A model generated the notes under the pieces. The model saw nothing but the letters and a program-made list of their open reading frames with translations. It ran no database searches and was not told the DNA's origin. From positions 3,904,001 to 3,968,000 of the forward strand of contig OZ244207.1 in the NCBI GenBank assembly GCA_965216875.1: a DNA stretch of 64,000 bases, written 5' to 3'. Of the stretch, positions 19,527 to 27,453 are shown piece by piece. This DNA comes from Rubripirellula sp. Its GTDB lineage: Bacteria > Planctomycetota > Planctomycetia > Pirellulales > Pirellulaceae. Both the position numbers and the translations under genes were made by a program. The number at the start of each line of letters is the position of its first letter. Position 1 is the first letter of the stretch.

Positions 19527-20855
19527 TTAGGAAATCGGATCGAGCTGCAACGCCGACCCCGCCTCGGTGAAGATGGTCTGCGCGCGGTCGGGACCGACCG
19601 AAAGCACGCCAACTTCAACACCAACAAGCTCTTCGATTCGCTTGACGTAATCGAGCGCACCTGCAGGGAACTCTTCGACACGGCGCACATGATCGACAGG
19701 TTCTTTCCAACCTGGAATCGTCTCATAAATCGGCTTGCAGCGTCGCAGCAGTTCGGCGTGGCTTGGCAACCGCTCAATACGCTGGCCGTCCAATTCGTAC
19801 GCCACACAAACCTTCAATTCATCGAGGTGGGCGAGCACGTCCATCATCATCAATGCGAGCCGAGTCACGCCGCTCAAACGAGCGGTGTAGCGAACCGCGA
19901 CCGCGTCGAACCAACCACAACGACGTGGTCGGCCGGTGGTCGTGCCAAATTCGTTGCCAAGTGTTCGAATCCGCTCGCCGATCTCATCGTCCAGTTCGGT
20001 GGGGAAGGGGCCGCCACCGACACGCGTGCTGTAAGCCTTGCACACACCAAGGGTGTGATTGATCCAGCGCGGCGGAACACCTGCCCCCGCACACACGCCC
20101 ACGCCACTACTGTTGCTGCTGGTCACAAATGGGAAGGTGCCGTGATCGATATCAAGCAGTGCGCCTTGGGCACCTTCGAAAAGAAGCTTCTTGTCTTCTT
20201 CGGCTGCGTCGAGCAAAAAGTCGGTGGTGTCGCCAATCATCCCATCAAGACGCTCGGCCCATGATGCCGCGAGGGCAACCACTTTGTCCGGAGCGATCGA
20301 TTCAAGGTCTTCCTTGGGAGCCCCCATGCCCTCCAAGATCGCCACCTTCTGCTCGGCGACGGTTCGAATGCGGTCATCGCGAGTCGATTCGACCAAGTCG
20401 GCCATCCGAATCGCGTGGGTGCGTCCGACTTTGTCGCGATAGCAGGGGCCAATCCCACGGTTGGTCGTCCCAATCGACTCACCGCGAACCGCAGTCGCAT
20501 TGATGAAACGGTCCTCGGCGATGTGCCAAGGCATCACCAAATGAGCCCGCTCGCTGATGCGCAAATTCTTGCGGCAATCGATGCCCCGACCAGCCAGTCC
20601 GTCGATTTCATCGAGCATTGTGGCGGGGTTAATGACCACCCCAGGGGTGATCAGATTCTGCACGTCACCGTGCAAAATCCCGCTTGGGATGTGGTGCAAC
20701 TTGTACGTTTGGTCACCTGCCACGACCGTATGGCCGGCATTCGCACCACCCTGATAGCGAACGACGAGGTCAAATTGCGGGGCAAGCAGGTCGACAAGCT
20801 TTCCCTTTGCTTCGTCGCCCCACTGAAGACCAATGACACAGGTTCCCGACACCAA
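19527..20855 (-). CDS. purA: Adenylosuccinate synthetase
   Basis: [22 protein letters not shown] and [12 protein letters not shown]. Confidence 0.98.
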   Translation of the reverse strand: MVSGTCVIGLQWGDEAKGKLVDLLAPQFDLVVRYQGGANAGHTVVAGDQTYKLHHIPSGILHGDVQNLITPGVVINPATMLDEIDGLAGRGIDCRKNLRISERAHLVMPWHIAEDRFINATAVRGESIGTTNRGIGPCYRDKVGRTHAIRMADLVESTRDDRIRTVAEQKVAILEGMGAPKEDLESIAPDKVVALAASWAERLDGMIGDTTDFLLDAAEEDKKLLFEGAQGALLDIDHGTFPFVTSSNSSGVGVCAGAGVPPRWINHTLGVCKAYSTRVGGGPFPTELDDEIGERIRTLGNEFGTTTGRPRRCGWFDAVAVRYTARLSGVTRLALMMMDVLAHLDELKVCVAYELDGQRIERLPSHAELLRRCKPIYETIPGWKEPVDHVRRVEEFPAGALDYVKRIEELVGVEVGVLSVGPDRAQTIFTEAGSALQLDPIS

Positions 20856-21036
20856 TCAGCTCCCAAAAGATAGGTTTGCAGCGCCTCGAGCGCAAACGCA
20901 AAAGCCTAAGCAGAGGCCATTTGATTGGCAATGGGGAGCCGTTTGGGATTCACCGTGTTTCGTGTTCCGGCCTTTACGCGGAACGCCCGAAGATTCCACC
21001 AAAAGGCGGGAAGACGAACGGGGGCAGGCTCTCGGC

Positions 21037-21945
21037 TCACTTGGAAGTCGCCAATCCCCATATCGCCTGGTCGGCTTGTTTGATCAGCGGATCGAATTGG
21101 GGGATCTCCACGGCGTTGTTGCCCTGCTCATGCTTGCGGAACAGGAAGAGATAAGTCTCGTTTTGTGGCCGATAGCGATGAAAGAAAAGCTGGTTCTTTT
21201 CGACGATTTTTTCCCTCAAGTCGACGTGGTCTCCCTGGCAGGGTTCGCCACCGACCAGTTGGTCGGCAACGGATTGCGCGAATTTCTGGTATCCCAGCGA
21301 ACTTGGAAGCAGTTGGTCTTCGGTCATCTCGCCCGGCGACGGCACCCAATTGAGTTCAACGACGGGCGTCTTTGTTTCTCGGCCGACGCTTCCCACGATT
21401 TGACGACAACGCTGCATCGAAGCTTGATAGTCTTCGACGCGAAAGCCCGAGAAGGGCACAGGGGGCAAAAGGATCACCCGCCGATCGTCTTTTGCAACTT
21501 CAGCGATGAGCTTGCGCAATCCTTGCTCAAAACGATTGACCGCGGGCTCGCCGTCACTGGCTTCCGAAAACCCATAAGCGACCAACACCACGGTTGGGTC
21601 TGCGGTTTCGATGTCGGCAAGCAACCGCTTGAAACCATCGGCTGGACCGTCAAACCGCTTGCGAGCGATCCCGTGCACATCGTCTCCGGACCATCCAAGG
21701 TTCCGAAACGACAGCGTCCAGTCAGGACGACGACATTGCAGCTCGGCCTCAAGATGGCCACTTGCCTGCATTCGTTCCACGAAGGTTCCGCCCAGGACGG
21801 CAACGCGATCGCCGGCCCTCAACAGCGGGCCTTCGCCATAGGCATACGGCACGAGGCCAAAACTGAACAGAAGGACGAGGCCACAACACAGCCCAACTCG
21901 GCCGGGCATCGCAGATCGTTGGGGATTTGCAAATCGGTGGGGCAT
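21037..21945 (-). CDS. Exported SGNH/GDSL-fold protein (catalytic residues degenerate)
   Basis: GDRVAVLGGTFVER, FRNLGWSGD and VLVAYG blocks. Start may be a slightly downstream Met. Confidence 0.8.
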   Translation of the reverse strand: MPHRFANPQRSAMPGRVGLCCGLVLLFSFGLVPYAYGEGPLLRAGDRVAVLGGTFVERMQASGHLEAELQCRRPDWTLSFRNLGWSGDDVHGIARKRFDGPADGFKRLLADIETADPTVVLVAYGFSEASDGEPAVNRFEQGLRKLIAEVAKDDRRVILLPPVPFSGFRVEDYQASMQRCRQIVGSVGRETKTPVVELNWVPSPGEMTEDQLLPSSLGYQKFAQSVADQLVGGEPCQGDHVDLREKIVEKNQLFFHRYRPQNETYLFLFRKHEQGNNAVEIPQFDPLIKQADQAIWGLATSK

Positions 21946-22242
21946 GGCAAATCGGAGGGCAGGAGTGAGGTGGGATTGATCGGAGGAGGAGCAAGTTTAA
22001 CTCAAGGTGCATGCGGCTGCGTCACCGACCGGCTGGAAATTGCTCCGTAATCGTCAAGCCTTGCCAAGCTTAGCCGACTGGTACGACCGGCGCTTGCCTA
22101 CGGAAAAGGACATGCAATGTCCGATGGATGGTGGTGTCGAGGCGAACCTGAACCCGTACCAGGTGCTCGCGGCGACCAAGAACGGAGCGATACCCGCGTC
22201 GCCTCCGTTTTTTCCATCGACCCAGGCTTGTGAAAGACAACC

Positions 22243-22422
22243 ATGTCTCCAACTCCGACTTCACACACCGCTGAAACCGAACCGGGACAATTGTTGATGG
22301 AACTCGAGCAGCGGCAGGACGAAGTCTTGGCTGAACTGGAACAGCTCGACAAACGCCTCAAAGAAGTCCTCGATGGACTCGGCGTGACTCTCGAAGAAGA
22401 AGTCAACGACGAATTGGTCTAA
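22243..22422 (+). CDS. Small acidic coiled-coil protein, 59 aa (not in the ORF track)
   Basis: ATG 22243 to TAA 22420-22422, encoding MSPTPTSHTAETEPGQLLMELEQRQDEVLAELEQLDKRLKEVLDGLGVTLEEEVNDELV. Fills an otherwise empty gap. Confidence 0.75.
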   Translation: MSPTPTSHTAETEPGQLLMELEQRQDEVLAELEQLDKRLKEVLDGLGVTLEEEVNDELV

Positions 22423-22429
22423 CCACTGG

Positions 22430-22552
22430 CGGTTATGCTCCGCATGACACTCTTCGGCTTGAGCGTGAGCCACTGGCCGTGAGGCCTCGGGCCCTTTTGG
22501 TGGAATCCTCGTCGTGGAATCCTCGTCGTGGAATCCTCGTCGTGGAATCCTC
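22430..22552. repeat. REP copies plus a 14-bp tandem repeat
   Basis: Degenerate family E at 22430-22448, family D3 at 22465-22494, and (GTGGAATCCTCGTC) x about 3.8 at 22500-22552. Confidence 0.8.
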
Positions 22553-22560
22553 TCGTTCGC

Positions 22561-24330
22561 CTAATCCTCGTTGCCTTTGGTCAGGTGACCGCTGCGATTG
22601 ATCGCAAGCAGCAACCACATCATCACGGTGATGCTTCCCATCACCCCGACGATGCCCAAAATGCTGAGCTGCTGGATTCCGATGACCGCTTCGTCCGGGA
22701 ACAAAACGGGCGGAACTTGGTAAGCGAGCATGAGTGACGAACCGAGAAAAACGGCACTCGACATCATGCCGAGCACCATGCGGTTCATTGTTGGCCCCAA
22801 TCGCTGATGCTCGAGTGTCATCTTGACCTCACCGCGACGTGCTTGCTGAAGCAGAGCGATGACTTGGTCCGGAGCCATCTCCATGAAGTTTTCGGCTTCC
22901 AAGTAGATACGTCGTGCCTGCCGCAACCGACGACTCGGGCTGAGCCGACGAGCCATCGATTTGCGCATGAAGTCGCGCACGACTTCAAGTGAATCAAACC
23001 GCGCCCCAAGCTCGCGCAACGTGCCTTCGAGCGAAATCAGCATTTTGAGCAGCAACGCCGACTGATTGGGCAGCTTGATCTTGTGGCGGTGCAACAGGTC
23101 ACTCAAATCATTGAGCGCGCCGGTCAAGTCAAATTCACCAAGGTTCTGTTTGCCGTAGGTACCGATAAACTCGGCAACGTCGATCGCAAGCGCCGATTCA
23201 TCGAGCGTCGGGGGTGCATCACCGATTCGGCAAATCAATCGCGTGAGTCGGTTTTGGTCACCCGACGAAATCGCAATCAACATCTCTTCGATCGTTTCAC
23301 GCAGGTTCTCGTCGATCCGGCCAATCATGCCAAAGTCGAGAATACCAAGTTTGCCATCTTCGAGAACGATCAAGTTTCCGGTGTGCGGGTCAGCATGAAA
23401 CAACGCTTCATCAAAAAGCATCGTCAGATAGACCCGAGCGATCGTTTCGGACAAACGCTGATTGTGTGACCGATTTGCCAGGAACTCGGCTTCCCCGGCA
23501 AGCTCTTCACTGATCCCGGTGCCAGTCGCCTGTGGGTCCGAGCCGGCCTCGCGTTTTTCGAGCAAGAAGTTTGCCAGCGATTTGCCGACCAATTCCTCCA
23601 TCACCAAAACGCGGCGAGTGCAAAGCGGAACGATTGGCCTGGGGATTTTGACGTCGACCTTGTGCCGGTCAAACATCTCGGCAAAGTGTTCAAGATTTTG
23701 CCGTTCGCGACTGAAGTCAAGTTCGCGCTGCAGCATTGGTGCAAACTGGCGCATCATTTCACTTGGCCGCCAGGCAGCGAAGGTTTCGACTCGCTCGGCA
23801 AGCTGAGCCAACCCAACCAGAACTTCGATATCCTGGCGCATCGTCCGTTCGATATCGTGACGAATGACCTTGATGACGACGTGAGTGCCATCGTTCAAAA
23901 CGGCGCGATGCACCTGACCGATCGAGGCGGTCGCAAGCGGCTTGGGATCAATGCTTTGGAAATGACTGCGGTAGTCGTCACCCAGTTCTTCACGAAGCGT
24001 GTCGCGGACTTGGTCGATATCGTCGGGCCGAACATCTGCCCGCAGCAATTTCAGCTCCTCGCCAAGTTTGGGGCCAACCAAATCGGGGCGTGCAGCAAGG
24101 ACTTGGCCCAACTTGATAAAGGTGGGACCAAGATCGGTCAGCGCCATTCGCACGCGCTGCTCGCTGGAGTACTGTGAAAGGGGGACGCCGCCACGGTCCT
24201 TGAGTGCATCGCGAAAGGGAAGGCGGAAACGTGTCAGCCAGTCAGCCAGACCGTAGCGACGCAGCACCGCCAGGATCTCCCGCCACCGCTTCAAATTGCG
24301 GTACAGTTGTGGGATCGCGGTGATTTTCAT
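22561..24330 (-). CDS. ABC1/AarF/UbiB-family atypical kinase
   Basis: LGPTFIKLGQ, ASIGQVHRA, FHADPHTGN and LDFGMIG, with two C-terminal TM helices. Confidence 0.93.
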   Translation of the reverse strand: MKITAIPQLYRNLKRWREILAVLRRYGLADWLTRFRLPFRDALKDRGGVPLSQYSSEQRVRMALTDLGPTFIKLGQVLAARPDLVGPKLGEELKLLRADVRPDDIDQVRDTLREELGDDYRSHFQSIDPKPLATASIGQVHRAVLNDGTHVVIKVIRHDIERTMRQDIEVLVGLAQLAERVETFAAWRPSEMMRQFAPMLQRELDFSRERQNLEHFAEMFDRHKVDVKIPRPIVPLCTRRVLVMEELVGKSLANFLLEKREAGSDPQATGTGISEELAGEAEFLANRSHNQRLSETIARVYLTMLFDEALFHADPHTGNLIVLEDGKLGILDFGMIGRIDENLRETIEEMLIAISSGDQNRLTRLICRIGDAPPTLDESALAIDVAEFIGTYGKQNLGEFDLTGALNDLSDLLHRHKIKLPNQSALLLKMLISLEGTLRELGARFDSLEVVRDFMRKSMARRLSPSRRLRQARRIYLEAENFMEMAPDQVIALLQQARRGEVKMTLEHQRLGPTMNRMVLGMMSSAVFLGSSLMLAYQVPPVLFPDEAVIGIQQLSILGIVGVMGSITVMMWLLLAINRSGHLTKGNED

Positions 24331-24438
24331 GTCTTAAAAACGGTCGGTAAGAAGCGGTCGATGAGGACGACGGACGAGTCGCGTTCCATTGTGATTGGTA
24401 TTTTGTAATTCGCGATTCGAACGAGGATCTTTTCTCTG

Positions 24439-25980
24439 GTGTGGTGGCAACCTCTCAATTTGACCCTGCAATTGATGGCCGTATCGGTCGTCATTTCGGG
24501 CGCAATTGGTATTCCTGCCGCCTGGGCCGCGTCGAGTTTGCCCTCCTGTGGCCGTTTGGGACGCGTGGTCGCAACGGTTTTTCTTGCTGCGATGATTGCA
24601 GCGGTTGCGATGCCAATGATTCTTCATGCCGCAGCCTGGGAAGCAACCGCGGGCAAATTCGGCTGGTTGCCGCTGACACAAACAGGAAATCGAGCAAGTG
24701 GCATCGGCGCGTTCGGAGCCTTTGGGGGTCTGACCGCGTGCGGTTGGATCCACGGGCTTGTCGGTAGCGCCATCGTCGCCCTGGCAACTTGGATGGGTGT
24801 GCGCCGCGTTCCTGCGGCGGTGATCGCTCAAAGCCAACTCGAAGTCGGACCGGTCGCTTGTTGGTGGAAAGTACGATTGCCAATCGCGTTGCCATGGGTG
24901 GTCACGTCGCTGTTGGCGGTGGCTGCGATGGCGGCGACCGAGATGACGGTCGCCGACCTGTATCGTTATCGCACCATCGCCGACGAGTTCTACTTGTTCT
25001 ACGCAAGCGACGTGTCGCTGCCGGCCATCATGATGATGCTGTTTCTGCCAATCGTTTTTGCCGCCCTGATCATCATGCTGCTCGCCGTCTGGCGTCGCCG
25101 TCAAACACTGGTCAAGAGTGATCGTGACACGACAGCGATTCAAACAACACCGTTGCCATTGCCGGCTCGGATGGTCGCGTACTTCGTTGCAATCACCGCA
25201 GCTCTGTTGGTCGTTGCGATCCCCGTCGTTGGGCTGGTGATCAAAGCAGGGCACCATGTGGTGGTCGAGGGCGAAACGCGGACGGCGACTTGGTCGATCG
25301 GCCAAAGCGCCGAGACGCTAGCGATGGCTCCCACGAGTTTTGCGTCCGAATACAAGTGGACGTTCATCGTTGCATTGATGGCGGGTTCGACGGCGGTCGT
25401 GATTGGCTGGATCGCCGCTGCCTTTGGCCGGACGAATCCCAAAGTGGGCAAAGTCTTTGACCTGCTCTCGATCCTGTTGGTTTTGGTTCCCGGGCCAATC
25501 GTTGGCTTGATCATCGTCCAGCTATTTCAGTTGCCCGTCCCGGGGTTTCGAACCCTTTACCAGCAGACACTCGTCCCGACGGTTTTGGGACTCCTCTTTC
25601 GAGCAGCACCGGCTGCGTACTGGATCTTGCGATCTGGCTATGCCGGCATTTCCGATGGCGTCTTGGACGCGGCGCGACTCGAGCGGTCGACACTTGCCCG
25701 CTGGTGGGCCATTGACCGCACCGCATTGGGTCACGTCTTGGTCGGGGCCTTTTTGGCATCGGCAATCGTGGCGTCGGGGGATGTGCCAGTCACGCTTCCA
25801 GTCTTGCCGCCAGGGGTTACAACCGTTGGAACTCGCCTATTCGGACTCCTTCACAGCGGTGCTCGCTATCAGGAGGCGTCGTTGGCCCTTTGGTACGTCG
25901 GCGCCGTCGTGTTTACTGCAATGATCTGGCTGAAGTGGTCTTCGGCAAGACATGCTAGAATAGCTTCGGGCGATCAGTAG
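24439..25980 (+). CDS. ABC transporter permease, double-domain Fe3+/thiamine type
   Basis: Many TM helices and two EAA-like loops (AVIAQSQLEVG; VLDAARLE). Confidence 0.75.
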   Translation: MWWQPLNLTLQLMAVSVVISGAIGIPAAWAASSLPSCGRLGRVVATVFLAAMIAAVAMPMILHAAAWEATAGKFGWLPLTQTGNRASGIGAFGAFGGLTACGWIHGLVGSAIVALATWMGVRRVPAAVIAQSQLEVGPVACWWKVRLPIALPWVVTSLLAVAAMAATEMTVADLYRYRTIADEFYLFYASDVSLPAIMMMLFLPIVFAALIIMLLAVWRRRQTLVKSDRDTTAIQTTPLPLPARMVAYFVAITAALLVVAIPVVGLVIKAGHHVVVEGETRTATWSIGQSAETLAMAPTSFASEYKWTFIVALMAGSTAVVIGWIAAAFGRTNPKVGKVFDLLSILLVLVPGPIVGLIIVQLFQLPVPGFRTLYQQTLVPTVLGLLFRAAPAAYWILRSGYAGISDGVLDAARLERSTLARWWAIDRTALGHVLVGAFLASAIVASGDVPVTLPVLPPGVTTVGTRLFGLLHSGARYQEASLALWYVGAVVFTAMIWLKWSSARHARIASGDQ

Positions 25981-26038
25981 TCCCTCTGCGACCCATGTCG
26001 CTGTGTGGCCACGATCAACACCAGAGTCCTTTTCATCG

Positions 26039-27115
26039 ATGAGCGCTATGCCACGGTTGGTACTTTCACTCTGCTTTTCGTTCGCATTGATCGCGGTCAC
26101 CTCAGCGGCCGAGAAGATCACCTTCAACGATTCGGGCAAACAGCGGACAATCAATGCCGAAATCTTGGTCGAAGCCCAAGACGGTGGGTTGATGGTCCAA
26201 TCCGACGAAGGACGCATCTGGATCATCCAGCCCGAGAACATCAAGCAACGTGAATCAGATGATGCCCCGCTCGAACCGATCGACACCAAGACCATGCAGA
26301 AGCGGCTGCTCGAAGAATTGCCGCAAGGATTCAAGGTCTACCGAACCCAACACTATGTGATCGCTTACAACAGTAGCGAAGCGTACGCAAAACGTGTGGC
26401 GGTCTTATTCGAACAACTCCACCGCGGCTTCTTCACTTATTGGGAGAACCTGGGTTGGGACCTACCCGAGCCACGATTCCCCCTGGTAGGACTTGTGTTT
26501 GCCGACCACCGAAGCTTCCTCGCCCACTCACGAGCTGAAATCGGAGAGACCGCAAACAACTTGATCGGTTACTACCACTTGGAAAGTAACCGCATGACCA
26601 CTTTCAACGTTCCGAACTGGGAACGCAACGCGGCGACGATCATTCACGAAGCCACCCATCAACTCGCGTACAACTGTGGGCTGCAACGACGTTTTGCCGA
26701 CAACCCGATGTGGGTCAGTGAAGGGCTGGCAACTTTCTTCGAATCGCCTGATCGTCGAAACCCAAACAAGTGGCAACGCGTTGGCCGTGTGAACCAAGTG
26801 CAGCTGGCTCGATTCCGAAGCTTTCTCAAACAGCGTCCTGCCGAATCACTGACAACCCTGCTCGCCAACGACGATCGATTCCGTGACGCGCGAACTTCCG
26901 GTGGCGCCTATGCCGAAGGTTGGGCACTGACCTACTTCCTGATCAAGACGCGCCGTGAAGCATACGTCGATTACTTGAAGCGTCTCAGCGAAGGACGCCC
27001 GCTTGCCGAGCAAACCGAGCGTGAGCGGATCGAGATGTTTGAAGAGGCCTTCGGCGGATCCGTTGCCGAAATCGACAAAGCAATGTTGATGTACATTCGC
27101 CGAGTCCGCGGGTAA
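26039..27115 (+). CDS. Exported DUF1570-type zincin-like protein
   Basis: Signal peptide, TIIHEATHQ (HExxH), WVSEGLATFFE and YAEGWALTYFL. Confidence 0.85.
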   Translation: MSAMPRLVLSLCFSFALIAVTSAAEKITFNDSGKQRTINAEILVEAQDGGLMVQSDEGRIWIIQPENIKQRESDDAPLEPIDTKTMQKRLLEELPQGFKVYRTQHYVIAYNSSEAYAKRVAVLFEQLHRGFFTYWENLGWDLPEPRFPLVGLVFADHRSFLAHSRAEIGETANNLIGYYHLESNRMTTFNVPNWERNAATIIHEATHQLAYNCGLQRRFADNPMWVSEGLATFFESPDRRNPNKWQRVGRVNQVQLARFRSFLKQRPAESLTTLLANDDRFRDARTSGGAYAEGWALTYFLIKTRREAYVDYLKRLSEGRPLAEQTERERIEMFEEAFGGSVAEIDKAMLMYIRRVRG

Positions 27116-27139
27116 CGCTCGTTGCAAGACGCCGAACCC

Positions 27140-27424
27140 GTGAGCCGCGATCGCGTGAGCGGCCGGGCATTGCACAGAACGTCTCGTGAGCCGAACGCGC
27201 TAGCGTCGGGCCTTACACTCTATTTCATGTTAGGCAAGCGATTGTCATGCGGAGCATGACCTACGGAGAGGACGCGGAGCGTCCGAAGACCCCGTTACCA
27301 CGCGGAGCGGGGTAACGAGGGCGGAACGGCTGTGAGCCGAACGCGCTAGCTAGCCTCTTGCCGCTCACCTGTAAGCAGCGCACGTGCCGGATCCGCGTCG
27401 CTGTTGCTCCTTGATCCGGCCTAC
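27140..27424. repeat. Composite REP mosaic between convergent genes
   Basis: D2 at 27140-27168, D1 at 27186-27212, E at 27244-27264, F at 27268-27320, a D1/D4 remnant at 27332-27368, and B at 27384-27424. Confidence 0.85.
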
Positions 27425-27453
27425 GCTGGTTTCGGCAAAGTCACGTTACCACG

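Noticed and set aside
22100..22220. 6S RNA, SRP RNA or a known cyclic-dinucleotide riboswitch
   Set aside because: I could not match their diagnostic motifs by eye; kept only as an unclassified candidate.
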